A stretch of 64,000 nt of DNA from the NCBI GenBank assembly GCA_030431525.1, contig JAUIJC010000022.1, forward strand, positions 14,637-78,636, read 5' to 3'. Source of the stretch: Bacteroidia bacterium (GTDB taxonomy: Bacteria; Bacteroidota; Bacteroidia; Cytophagales; JAAEPT01). The notes beneath the pieces are model-generated. The model was not told where the DNA came from. It saw only the letters and a list, made by a program, of their open reading frames with translations, and did not search any database. Below, piece by piece: positions 24,694-33,664 of the stretch. Numbering within the stretch: position 1 is the stretch's first letter; each line of letters starts with the position of its first letter. Made by a program: the position numbers and the translations under genes.

Positions 24694-25734
24694 TTACTCG
24701 GCCTTGGCGCTCGCCATCAGCTCCATATACGCCATCAAATCCGCCAACTGCTTGGTGCTCATGCGTTCCTTGGTAAAAAGTGGCATATAAGGCTTGTGCC
24801 CAACATGCGGAGAGGTGCCGTAACGCGTGATTTGCGGTAGCGAAAAACGGTTGAACTTGTCGGTGTTGCGCTGGAATTTGGCAAAGGTCAAGGGCGAATC
24901 ATCCAAGGTAAAAAGCGCCACACCGTTCTCCTGATGGCAGTGCATACAGCCTTGCTCGAATAGCATTCGGCCATTTTCAGGATTGGGATGCTCCACGGTT
25001 TGCGCCTCCACATAATCGGGATAGGCGTCCACAAAAGTGGCGGGAGATTTTTGTGGATAAAAGGCTTGAATCGAGGCCATCAATTGCTTGGCCGTGGAAT
25101 CATCTTGAGGTTTTTGCTCAATGGCTTTACGCAATGAATCAGGAAGGGAAAGGTCGGCCAACTTGATTTCCAAAGTCCAGAGATAGGCCAACATCGCATC
25201 CAACTCCCAATCCTCCAGCGTTCTTCCCTGCGAGCATTCTTTGGAACAGAGTTGCAAAGCGCCTTTCAGGCTTTTCTGGGCAGGAAGCACCAAGTCGCCA
25301 TATTTTTTTTCGTAATCGTCATTGAACCACGACTCGCGGTTCACCATGCCCCAAAAAGTGGTTCCCTGCAAAAACGGAAGCCCTTTTTCACGGACATATG
25401 CCAAGCGTTTTTCTGGATTCAAATCACTCAAATCAGGGTCCTCGCGTTCCACATTATGGCAACTCGTGCAGACGAAATGCCGACTGATAGGCGCACTTTT
25501 TTCGCCTTCATGTATGGTCCTCCCGAAATGGACCAATTCGTAACCACTCCGCACCAAATCCACGTCCATGGTATCCGCCTCGTGTTCCACTTTGGGATAG
25601 CCCAAATGCCTTAGCGTAGCATAGAGTGATGGTTTTTTCTCAAACAGAAAAATATTCGAACCGCCCAATAGCATCACGGATACCAGCGCCAACAGGAAGA
25701 GAAAAACCGATTTTTTGACAGAATAATGACGCAT
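24694..25734 (-). CDS. Membrane-anchored dihaem c-type cytochrome
   Basis: N-terminal hydrophobic anchor VFLFLLALVSVMLLGG. Two CxxCH motifs (CTSCHN, CMHCHQ). The start is 3 nt after the upstream stop. Confidence 0.8.
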   Translation of the reverse strand: MRHYSVKKSVFLFLLALVSVMLLGGSNIFLFEKKPSLYATLRHLGYPKVEHEADTMDVDLVRSGYELVHFGRTIHEGEKSAPISRHFVCTSCHNVEREDPDLSDLNPEKRLAYVREKGLPFLQGTTFWGMVNRESWFNDDYEKKYGDLVLPAQKSLKGALQLCSKECSQGRTLEDWELDAMLAYLWTLEIKLADLSLPDSLRKAIEQKPQDDSTAKQLMASIQAFYPQKSPATFVDAYPDYVEAQTVEHPNPENGRMLFEQGCMHCHQENGVALFTLDDSPLTFAKFQRNTDKFNRFSLPQITRYGTSPHVGHKPYMPLFTKERMSTKQLADLMAYMELMASAKAE

Positions 25735-25737
25735 GAA

Positions 25738-26565
25738 TTAGGGTTGGTAGGCTTTGATGCGGAAATCTCTTGAGATGTTAAAGCCGAAGAAAATGTCGCC
25801 GTCCAGCCAATCGCCAGTTGGGGTCGACAAATAACGCGGACCGTTCATGCCTCGTGAATTGCTCACGAACAACTGGAAATTGTGGCCCTTGCTTTCGATG
25901 TCAAAACCGATGGAAAGCGGGCTTGGCGCTGGGCCATCGAAATAGGCATTGGGGATATAGACATACTCCACATTGATGTCCACGGAACGGGATAGCTTAA
26001 AACTGCCGACCATGCCCACCGAGAAAATATCATTGCTGGAAGCTTTGGTCTTCACCAAGTTCAAATGCACAAAACTGGGGGCCACTTCAAAGGCCCAACG
26101 ATGGCCGATTTTCTTCGCCAACAAAAACTGGAAGTTGTACGCCAGCTTGTTCACAAAGCTTTGCACTTCTTCCTCCACATAATTGCGGTCGGTTGTAACG
26201 GTCGTTTCAGCGAACAGCGCCAAACTTAAGGGAAACGGACCTTGGCGAAGCGCCTGATACTTGAGGTAGCCGTCATAGGTTTTCAGATAGGTGCTTCGGC
26301 CCACTCCCAGCATCAAACGGTCGGTCACCCCATAATTCAAGGCCAAACGCACTGTGGCGTTGTCCAAGCCCATGAAATTGTGGAGGAAATCGTCGTTGAA
26401 ATCCCCGAAGCGGTGGGACATCACAAAGGCCATATAACCTTTGCGTTGCATCTCCACGGAATGGAGGTTGACGATGCGTGGATTGTTGAAAATGCGGACT
26501 TCATCCTGCGCCCAAGCCATCACGGGAAAAGCCAAGAGTGTCAATAGGAGTATTCTTTTCAACAT
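25738..26565 (-). CDS. Outer-membrane beta-barrel protein (resembles the DUF5777 family)
   Basis: Signal peptide MLKRILLLTLLAFPVMAWAQ followed by alternating hydrophobic strands. N-terminal pattern ..NLHSVEMQRKGYMAFVMSHRFGDFN... The family name is from memory only. Confidence 0.6.
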   Translation of the reverse strand: MLKRILLLTLLAFPVMAWAQDEVRIFNNPRIVNLHSVEMQRKGYMAFVMSHRFGDFNDDFLHNFMGLDNATVRLALNYGVTDRLMLGVGRSTYLKTYDGYLKYQALRQGPFPLSLALFAETTVTTDRNYVEEEVQSFVNKLAYNFQFLLAKKIGHRWAFEVAPSFVHLNLVKTKASSNDIFSVGMVGSFKLSRSVDINVEYVYIPNAYFDGPAPSPLSIGFDIESKGHNFQLFVSNSRGMNGPRYLSTPTGDWLDGDIFFGFNISRDFRIKAYQP

Positions 26566-26574
26566 GATGTTGGC

Positions 26575-27348
26575 TTATTGCATGGATACTTGGGCAGACT
26601 CTGGGGCGCCATCCTCAATCCATTTTTTAATGGTCTGAATTTCCTCAGGGGACAATGGAGCGCTATTTCTGGGCATGGAACCGCTTTCGACCTCGGTGTA
26701 AAGCAGACTTGCCTCAGGAGTGGCACCAACCACATTCATGGTGCTTTGATAAGTGCTAAAGCTGACGCCAGCCGTTGGGGAACTGCTGTTGTGACAGGAC
26801 AGGCAATGCTGTTGCAAAATCGGCTGGACGGACGCATCGAAATAGGTGACCGTAGCGTTGCTCGTGGTCGTATCACTGGGCTCCATCGTTTGGCTGGTAT
26901 CGGCCACCACAGTTGAATCTTGCTCAGTAATCTTTTCCTCAAAATTTCTGGGCGCTCCAGCATCAATCCAGCTTTTTATTTGCTGGACCTCGCAATCGGA
27001 AAGTGGCGGACCATTGCGGGGCATATCGCCTGTCGCGACCACCTGATAGAGTAAACTATTTTCAGCATAATCCGAGACTTCCTCCAAGGTGGATTCATAG
27101 CTGTCCAAGGCGACCCCTGCCTGACTGAAGGAGGCGCTGTGGCAAGAAGTACAACGGGATTCGAGGATGGGGGCGATATGGTTTTCATAGGTGATGGAAT
27201 CAGCCTCGCAGGGCATCTCCACCATTCCCATCAATTCCTCTTCTGAATTATAGACGCAAGAAGACAGGCCTCCGCATATCATCATCAAAATGCCTATTGT
27301 GTAGAAAAGGCGATGCCTTGTCTCTACGAATCGCTTCAATCTCAACAT
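26575..27348 (-). CDS. Lipoprotein with two tandem Planctomycete-cytochrome-C (PSCyt1) haem domains
   Basis: ATG at 27348 (TTG at 27354 in the ORF track). Lipobox-like ..ICGGLSSC. Two ~100-aa modules each carry CxxCH (CTSCHS, CLSCHN) and the tail G(D/S)MPRN..PLS..E(V/I)Q.IK.WI..GAP. Confidence 0.8.
   Translation of the reverse strand: MLRLKRFVETRHRLFYTIGILMMICGGLSSCVYNSEEELMGMVEMPCEADSITYENHIAPILESRCTSCHSASFSQAGVALDSYESTLEEVSDYAENSLLYQVVATGDMPRNGPPLSDCEVQQIKSWIDAGAPRNFEEKITEQDSTVVADTSQTMEPSDTTTSNATVTYFDASVQPILQQHCLSCHNSSSPTAGVSFSTYQSTMNVVGATPEASLLYTEVESGSMPRNSAPLSPEEIQTIKKWIEDGAPESAQVSMQ
27301..27327. repeat. Repeat family C, copy C2, inside the 5' end of CDS 26575..27348
   Basis: GTAGAAAAGGCGATGCCTTGTCTCTAC, translated on the minus strand as ..VETRHRLFY.. 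within the signal peptide. Confidence 0.75.
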
Positions 27349-27431
27349 AACCAACCTACGCCTCAGCCTTACATTTGGATTAAAAACACATAGCTTTGAA
27401 AGACCAAATCAGCTCTTAAAAAGCAATCCAA

Positions 27432-27983
27432 ATGACCACCTATATCTCCATCCTTCGCGGAATCAACGTCAGCGGGAAAAACCTCATCAAGATGGAAACC
27501 TTGCGAAAGGCTTATGAAAACTTGGGTTTCCAAGACGTGAAAAGCTATGTACAAAGCGGAAACGTGGTTTTTAATGCAGAGGCAATTGACCCGAAAACTT
27601 TGGCGGAAAAAATCAGCGAAATGATTGCTCAGGAATTCGGAATGGAGGTGCCTGTCATCGCTTTTGAAGCGGAAAAACTGGAACGGGTTATTACACAAAG
27701 TCCTTTCACTAAGGACAGCGAAAAAGACCCGAAGTTTTTACACGTCACCTTCTTGGCTTCCATTCCTGCACAGGTGGACATGACCGCCATTGAGGAGAAA
27801 AAACAAGCTGGCGAGGAAATTACCATCGTGAATGATGCCGTGTACCTTTATTGCCCCAACGGTTATGGCAAGAGCAAACTGACCAACAACTTTTTGGAAA
27901 ATAAACTGAAAGTAAGCGCCACCACACGCAATTGGAAGACCACTAATCAATTGCTCAACATGGCTCAGGAAATCACCAAATAA
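27432..27983 (+). CDS. DUF1697 domain-containing protein
   Basis: N-terminus MTTYISILRGINVSGKNLIKMETLRKAYENLGFQDVKSYVQSGNVVF matches my memory of the DUF1697 signature. Confidence 0.75.
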   Translation: MTTYISILRGINVSGKNLIKMETLRKAYENLGFQDVKSYVQSGNVVFNAEAIDPKTLAEKISEMIAQEFGMEVPVIAFEAEKLERVITQSPFTKDSEKDPKFLHVTFLASIPAQVDMTAIEEKKQAGEEITIVNDAVYLYCPNGYGKSKLTNNFLENKLKVSATTRNWKTTNQLLNMAQEITK

Positions 27984-27998
27984 GACACTATTCTTCAG

Positions 27999-28463
27999 AT
28001 GTATCCCACCGTCCTTAGTTTCCATTCCTTTGTTCGCTGGCTGGTATTAATCAGCCTTTTGTTCGCCATTTTCCGCGCCTATCGTGGTTGGCTCGGGCAA
28101 AAGCAATTCTCGGCATTTGACAATTCCGTCCGTCATTGGACCGCCACCATCGCCCATATTCAGCTGATGCTGGGGCTTACGCTTTATTTTATCAGTCCCA
28201 TTGTCAGTTATTTCTTGAATCATTTCAAGGAAGCCGTCCACCAGCGGGAACTGCGCTTTTTCGGTATGGAGCACAGCCTGATGATGCTCACTGGCATCAT
28301 GGTCCTCACCATCGGCTCGGCAAAAGCCAAGCGCAAGGAAACGGACAAGGATAAGTTCAAAACCATGGCTGTTTGGTTTACGATTGGATTGCTCATCATC
28401 CTTTCCTCAATTCCTTGGGCATTTTGGCCGTTGGTTAGTCGGCCGTATTTCAGGGGGTTTTAG
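27999..28463 (+). CDS. Four-helix integral membrane protein (hypothetical)
   Basis: ATG at 27999. Four hydrophobic segments with conserved His residues in the helices. No family assigned. Confidence 0.6.
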   Translation: MYPTVLSFHSFVRWLVLISLLFAIFRAYRGWLGQKQFSAFDNSVRHWTATIAHIQLMLGLTLYFISPIVSYFLNHFKEAVHQRELRFFGMEHSLMMLTGIMVLTIGSAKAKRKETDKDKFKTMAVWFTIGLLIILSSIPWAFWPLVSRPYFRGF

Positions 28464-28466
28464 TTT

Positions 28467-28496
28467 GTAGGGGCAGACCTGCGTGTCTGCCCCTAC
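28467..28496. repeat. Repeat family D, full palindrome D1
   Basis: GTAGGGGCAGAC-CTGCGT-GTCTGCCCCTAC, a 12-bp stem, directly after the stop codon. Confidence 0.75.
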
Positions 28497-28502
28497 ACTG
28501 AT

Positions 28503-28637
28503 TCAACCCCACCTCTGTCCTCCCCTTATCTAAGGGGAGGAGAAACCATCAGTCCATAGCCTGAAAACCATATTTGGCAAGTATTCTCTGTAACATTCTC
28601 CTCCCCTTGGATAAGGGGAGGACAGAGGTGGGGTCGA
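28503..28637. repeat. Repeat family A, long form A3
   Basis: Outer arms TCAACCCCACCTCTGT / ACAGAGGTGGGGTCGA. Two copies of the inner hairpin (CCTCCCCTTATCTAAGGGGAGG and CCTCCCCTTGGATAAGGGGAGG) flank a 59-nt insert homologous to that in A2. Confidence 0.85.
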
Positions 28638-28666
28638 AATCTTGAGCTTAATGCAACAGCATTGAG

Positions 28667-28680
28667 GTCCGCCCCTACAC
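28667..28680. repeat. Repeat family D, right-half copy D2
   Basis: GTCCGCCCCTACAC matches the right arm of D1 (GTCTGCCCCTACAC) on the far side of A3. Confidence 0.55.
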
Positions 28681-28707
28681 ATTTAAAAAAAGAATATCCC
28701 AAATCAG

Positions 28708-28739
28708 AAAACGCGCTGGACCTCCAGTGCGTTTTTTTT
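28708..28739 (+). terminator. Rho-independent terminator
   Basis: Stem AAACGCGCTGGA / TCCAGTGCGTTT (one mismatch) followed by a T-run. Confidence 0.65.
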
Positions 28740-28774
28740 AGTACCTGACCAAAGGTGGGTTATCCCTTGTCGAT

Positions 28775-30091
28775 TTGAAAACAAAACTGCTTTACTGGTG
28801 GAGCCTGTTGCAATCCAGTTTCTGGTTCCTGCCACTAATCCTTATCCTAAGCTCCATTGCTATTTCGGTGTTATTGGTGAGGGTGGATAGCCAATTCAGT
28901 TACTCACCGTCTGGCTTTATCCAATACTATTTTTCGGGTAGCGCCGACTCGGCACGAAGCATCCTTTCCACCATCGCTGGAGCCATGATTGGTGTGGCGG
29001 GCACCGTGTTTTCTATCACCTTGGTGGCCCTGACATTGGCCTCCTCACAATTTGGACCACGGCTCTTGCAAAATTTCATGCACGACAAGCTGAACCAAGT
29101 GGTGTTGGGCACTTACATCTCCACCTTTGTCTATTGTTTGCTTGTCCTTCGGTCTGTAAAGTCGGAAGAGGACTTAGAATTTGTCCCAAACATTTCTGTG
29201 TTGGTAGCCATTATTTTGGCGCTCGGAAACATTTTCTTGTTGATCATCTACATCCACCATATTTCCGTGGGCATCCAAGCCGATAAGGTCATCGCCGACA
29301 TCAGCCAATCCATCACCAAAAGCGTCAAAACACTTTTTCCAGAAGAAATTGGGGACCCTCTTCCTCAAACGGAATTCAATCTGGAGGCGCAGATGAAGCA
29401 CCTACCTTATTGTGAAAAAGTTTGCGCCATAAGCAGTGGCTATCTGCAAGCCGTGGACACCGACAGTATTCTGGACATTGCCGTAAAACACAATTTGCTC
29501 CTAAGGCTCACCAATCGTCCTGGGGATTATTTGGTAGAGGGAAAAACATTCATGGAGGTTTACGGCTATGAAAAAGTGGATGAAAAGGTGATAAGCTCGA
29601 TTCAGGATGCTGTCATCATGGGCGTAACGCGCACCCTTCCCCAAGACGCAGAATTTGCTATCCACCAAATGGTGGAAATCGCCGCACGCGCCCTTTCCCC
29701 CGGCATCAACGACCCCTACACAGCCATTTCTTGCATCGACAACCTGACGGCAACGCTCTGCAAATTGACCAAGGCCACCTTTCCCTCACCTTTCCGTTTG
29801 GATGAGCAACAAACCGTGCGGGTGGTAGCAAAACCCCTGACCTTCTCCGGCATGATGGACGCCGCATTCAACCAAATCAGGCAGTTCGCCACAGGAAGTC
29901 CGGCCGTGCTCATCCGCCTGATGGACGCCTTTATTACCATCAAGGAATTTGCCCGCACCGAGGAACAAACAACGGCAGTGATGCGCCACGCTGATATGGT
30001 ACTGAACACTGGAAAAGCCTGTTTGGACGAGAAAAACGACCAAGAGGACCTAAGATTACGCTATGAGTTAATGTTTGAAACTGACGATTAA
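28775..30091 (+). CDS. DUF2254 domain-containing membrane protein
   Basis: TTG start with no nearby ATG. N-terminal hydrophobic helices, a QFGPRLLQNF motif and a soluble C-terminal half. The family call is from memory. Confidence 0.7.
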   Translation: MKTKLLYWWSLLQSSFWFLPLILILSSIAISVLLVRVDSQFSYSPSGFIQYYFSGSADSARSILSTIAGAMIGVAGTVFSITLVALTLASSQFGPRLLQNFMHDKLNQVVLGTYISTFVYCLLVLRSVKSEEDLEFVPNISVLVAIILALGNIFLLIIYIHHISVGIQADKVIADISQSITKSVKTLFPEEIGDPLPQTEFNLEAQMKHLPYCEKVCAISSGYLQAVDTDSILDIAVKHNLLLRLTNRPGDYLVEGKTFMEVYGYEKVDEKVISSIQDAVIMGVTRTLPQDAEFAIHQMVEIAARALSPGINDPYTAISCIDNLTATLCKLTKATFPSPFRLDEQQTVRVVAKPLTFSGMMDAAFNQIRQFATGSPAVLIRLMDAFITIKEFARTEEQTTAVMRHADMVLNTGKACLDEKNDQEDLRLRYELMFETDD

Positions 30092-30224
30092 TTTTCCCCT
30101 CCAAAAAATACACGATACACCCCAAGACCAGCGTTCCCTTATTGTATGTCCGTAGGACATTAAGTACCTGATCAGAATAAATAGACCAGGTACTAAAAGC
30201 ATCTTTCACCTAAAGGCAACAGCA

Positions 30225-30482
30225 ATGGGAATCTTATCTTGGATAATATTCGGACTTATCGCTGGAGCCTTGGCGAAGTTCATCATGCCTGGCCCAGATC
30301 CAGGGGGCATCTTCATCACCATCATCATAGGTATCGTTGGTGCCGTACTTGGTGGCTTCATCGCCTCAAAAATGGGATTCGGAGACATCTCCGGTTTTGA
30401 CTTCCGGAGTTTCGCTATCGCCATTGGTGGTGCAGTCCTCCTCCTGATTGGCTACCGAGCCATTAGGGGTCGAAGCGGCTAA
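30225..30482 (+). CDS. GlsB/YeaQ/YmgE-family stress-response membrane protein
   Basis: MGILSWIIFGLIAGALAKFIMPG.. with three Gly-rich helices; 85 aa. Confidence 0.85.
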   Translation: MGILSWIIFGLIAGALAKFIMPGPDPGGIFITIIIGIVGAVLGGFIASKMGFGDISGFDFRSFAIAIGGAVLLLIGYRAIRGRSG

Positions 30483-30500
30483 TCGCCAAGACCAGCATCA

Positions 30501-30540
30501 AAGGGCCAAAGTGAACCTCTGTTCATTTTGGCCCTTTTTC
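30501..30540 (+). terminator. Rho-independent terminator
   Basis: Stem AAGGGCCAAA / TTTGGCCCTT followed by TTTT. Confidence 0.75.
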
Positions 30541-30568
30541 ATCTGAATACCCCTATTTTTAAGCCACC

Positions 30569-31318
30569 ATGAACTATCACATCCTCAATGGCGACAGCCT
30601 AAAAACTGAATTTCCAACAGAAATTTCTGGTAGGTTGTTAGTCACCCGCGAGTGCCTCGTTGAAGGAAAACTTCAAGGTGATAGCCTGGAAGAACTTGCC
30701 CATAACCGAGCGAAATTCATCCAACAAGCCTACGGGTATTCCCAAGAAAGCTATCTCGAAAACGTCCTTCCCGAATTCGAGGCCATGCGGAATATTCCCG
30801 CTGATGCAGAAACCAATCTTTGGTTTGAACATGATCTTTTTTGCCAAGTCAACCTTTGGTTTGTGGCCAGCCTGTTGGCTCAGCAACCCAATCGAAAGGC
30901 TGTATTCCTTGTTCAGCCTTCAGAGGATTCCCCTTACAATTTTCCAGCAATGGGAAAAAATGGGTTGGAGAAAGCCTATCAAAACAGGATTCAACTCAGC
31001 TCAGAAGAACTGAACGCGCTTGCAAAAATGTTCGAGGCTTATCGCCAAGATGACATGAATAAACTGGTGGAAATTGCAGAAGCAAACAAAACCAGGCTTC
31101 CATTCCTCCTACCAGCCGTTAAGGCACACACCGAAAGGGTGGATAAAAACGGTCAACTCGGACGACCAAAGGCTTGCTTAAAAACCATTTTGGAAGAAGG
31201 ACAATGCAATGGCCTTTATGAAATCCTTGCTGAATTCACCAAAAGGGAAGGAATTTATGGGTTAGGAGACCTACAGGTGAAACGACTTTTGGATGAACTT
31301 TCTTCTTCCGAAGTGTAG
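30569..31318 (+). CDS. Hypothetical protein, possibly DUF1835-like
   Basis: The N-terminus YHILNGDSLK.. resembles the DUF1835 start pattern. This is a weak call from memory. Confidence 0.4.
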   Translation: MNYHILNGDSLKTEFPTEISGRLLVTRECLVEGKLQGDSLEELAHNRAKFIQQAYGYSQESYLENVLPEFEAMRNIPADAETNLWFEHDLFCQVNLWFVASLLAQQPNRKAVFLVQPSEDSPYNFPAMGKNGLEKAYQNRIQLSSEELNALAKMFEAYRQDDMNKLVEIAEANKTRLPFLLPAVKAHTERVDKNGQLGRPKACLKTILEEGQCNGLYEILAEFTKREGIYGLGDLQVKRLLDELSSSEV

Positions 31319-31543
31319 GCCACTCCTTTTGCCCTTCTCTCCGTAGTTAGCGATTAACCCCCTCCATTTTCAAAAAAGCTGACGCATTCTTCGAGCTTGT
31401 CGCCGAATTCTCCCATATTCATTTTCCGCCAAATACATTTTTTTTAAATTGCTCCGATTTTAAACCTTCAAGTAATACTTTAAGTATGATATGCTTGAGA
31501 GGTTAATGGACTTTTGACCATAACTATTTCTCGATAAATCGAT

Positions 31544-32941
31544 ATGAGCTACCGCATCGAAAAAGACACGATGGGTCCGGTGGAAGTACCAGCGGACAAG
31601 TATTGGGGCGCACAGACTCAACGTTCTTTGCAGAACTTCAAGATTACGGAAAACAAAATGCCTTTGGAGGTTATCCGTGGTTTTGCTTATCTGAAAAAAG
31701 CGGCTGCCTATACCAACTTTGAATTGGGCGTGATGCCCGAGGAAAAGGCAAAGCTCATCGGACAGGTGTGTGACGAAATCTTGGAAGGCAAGCTTGACGA
31801 CCAATTCCCATTGGTAGTTTGGCAGACAGGTTCAGGCACTCAGTCCAACATGAACACCAACGAGGTGATTTCTAACCGCGCTCACGTGATTGCGGGCAAC
31901 ACCTTGGGTGAGGGCCAATGCCTGATCCACCCGAACGACGACGTAAACAAGTCGCAGTCGTCTAACGACACCTTCCCTACAGCCATGCACATTTCTGCAT
32001 ACAAAGCTGTTTTGGAAACTACCATCCCAGGTGTTGAAACATTGCGCAACGTATTGGCTGAAAAATCTGCGGCTTTCAAAGACGTAGTAAAAATCGGTCG
32101 TACGCACTTCATGGACGCTACTCCATTGACCCTCGGTCAAGAGTTCTCTGGCTATGTATCCCAGTTGGATCACGGTCTTCGCGCCTTGAAAAACACGTTG
32201 GCTCACCTTTCTGAGCTCGCATTGGGCGGAACAGCAGTTGGAACAGGCATCAACACGCCTGCTGGCTACGCTGAATTGGTGGCTAAGAAAATCGCTGAGT
32301 TCACTGGCCTTCCATTTGTTTCTGCTGAGAACAAGTTTGAGGCTTTGGCTGCTCACGATGCTATCGTTGAAACGCACGGTGCATTGAAGCAATTGGCTGT
32401 TAGCTTGATGAAAATCGGCAACGACATCCGCATGCTTTGCTCTGGCCCACGTTCAGGCATCGGTGAAATCATCATCCCTGCCAACGAGCCTGGTTCTTCT
32501 ATCATGCCTGGTAAAGTAAACCCTACACAGTGTGAGGCCTTGACAATGGCTTGCGCACAGGTTTTGGGTAACGACGTTGCCATCGCCGCTGGCGGCATGA
32601 CTGGTCACTTCGAGTTGAACGTGTTCAAACCGATGATGATCTACAACTTGTTGAACTCAGCTCGCCTCATCGGTGACGCTTGTGTGTCATTCACTGAGAA
32701 CTGCGCAGTTGGCATCGAGCCAAACCACGCACGCATCCAAGAGCACCTCAACAACTCATTGATGTTGGTGACTGCCTTGAACACTAAAATCGGCTACGAG
32801 AAAGCCGCTAAAATCGCTAAAACCGCTTACGAGAATAACACTACCCTCAAGCAAGAGGCTGTTAACCTTGGCTACTTGACTGATGCTGAGTTTGACGAGT
32901 GGGTTGTTCCTGCTAAGATGATTGGTAGCCTCGAGGGATAA
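31544..32941 (+). CDS. fumC: Class II fumarate hydratase
   Basis: Full length (465 aa) with the fumarate-lyase signature [16 protein letters not shown] and an N-terminus typical of FumC ([26 protein letters not shown]). Confidence 0.97.
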   Translation: MSYRIEKDTMGPVEVPADKYWGAQTQRSLQNFKITENKMPLEVIRGFAYLKKAAAYTNFELGVMPEEKAKLIGQVCDEILEGKLDDQFPLVVWQTGSGTQSNMNTNEVISNRAHVIAGNTLGEGQCLIHPNDDVNKSQSSNDTFPTAMHISAYKAVLETTIPGVETLRNVLAEKSAAFKDVVKIGRTHFMDATPLTLGQEFSGYVSQLDHGLRALKNTLAHLSELALGGTAVGTGINTPAGYAELVAKKIAEFTGLPFVSAENKFEALAAHDAIVETHGALKQLAVSLMKIGNDIRMLCSGPRSGIGEIIIPANEPGSSIMPGKVNPTQCEALTMACAQVLGNDVAIAAGGMTGHFELNVFKPMMIYNLLNSARLIGDACVSFTENCAVGIEPNHARIQEHLNNSLMLVTALNTKIGYEKAAKIAKTAYENNTTLKQEAVNLGYLTDAEFDEWVVPAKMIGSLEG

Positions 32942-33026
32942 TCTCCAGAGGGGAATGTTGAGGTTTCAATTTTTGAAACCTTGACACTTTTGTTCAACAC
33001 CTTGAAAACAGAAATCTAACAGAACC

Positions 33027-33599
33027 ATGAAAAAAATACTTTTAATCGCCCTAATGTGTCTCACTGGTAGCGTTTTCGCACAGGAGATGTCTAAGCAGGA
33101 AGCTAAGGAGTGGAAGAAAAAGCTCAAAAGCATGAGCGTGGAAGACTTCAAAGCCCTCGTAGAGGAGCACGAAGCCAACCAAGTTAAAGTACACCAGCTT
33201 GAGCAGGAAGTAGAAGAGGCACAAGCTTCTCAAGAAGAGCTTCAAGCTCAGGTTGACAAAGCTAAAAAAGAGGCTGCTGCTGCTAAGCAGGAAGCTGCTG
33301 CTGCAAAAGAAGAAGCTGCTAAAGGCCCAGCCGTTGAAAAAGGTTTGGTATTCAAGGTACAAATTGGTGCCTTCAACGACCTTGACTTGCGCGAGTACTT
33401 TGAAAACAACCAGAACTTCAGCGGTGAAGTTGACGCCGACGGTACGATGAAGTACACCATCGGTACTTTCAAAGACTACTGGGAAGCTGACAAATTCAAG
33501 AAATACCTCCGCAAAATGGGCGTGAAAGGTGCTTGGATTGTTGCTTACAAAGATGGTCAGCGCGTTGACATCAAAGAAGCTCTTGAAGGCAACATCTAA
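33027..33599 (+). CDS. Secreted coiled-coil protein with C-terminal SPOR-like domain
   Basis: Signal peptide, an Ala/Glu/Lys-rich coiled coil, and a C-terminus VFKVQIGAF..YTIGTF..A..F...L..G.K.AWIVAY fitting the SPOR pattern. Confidence 0.6.
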   Translation: MKKILLIALMCLTGSVFAQEMSKQEAKEWKKKLKSMSVEDFKALVEEHEANQVKVHQLEQEVEEAQASQEELQAQVDKAKKEAAAAKQEAAAAKEEAAKGPAVEKGLVFKVQIGAFNDLDLREYFENNQNFSGEVDADGTMKYTIGTFKDYWEADKFKKYLRKMGVKGAWIVAYKDGQRVDIKEALEGNI

Positions 33600-33616
33600 T
33601 TGATTGCTACTTCATC

Positions 33617-33660
33617 AAAAATCCCGCACGGCGCTGGCTGTGCGGGATTTTTTTGTTTTT
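33617..33660 (+). terminator. Rho-independent terminator
   Basis: Stem AAATCCCGCAC / GTGCGGGATTT followed by a long T-run. Confidence 0.85.
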
Positions 33661-33664
33661 AGAC

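Noticed and set aside
6065-28637. Possibility that the recurring palindromic repeats represent a CRISPR array
   Set aside because: The copies are kilobases apart in separate intergenic regions. They have no regular repeat-spacer periodicity, and no cas genes are present.
31832-32392. 186-aa minus-strand ORF inside fumC
   Set aside because: It is antisense to a gene carrying the exact fumarate-lyase signature, so it is a shadow ORF.
33240-33320. GCT/GCA-rich tandem-looking tract
   Set aside because: It is in-frame coding sequence for an Ala/Glu/Lys coiled-coil (AAAAKQEAAAAKEEAAK), not a non-coding microsatellite.
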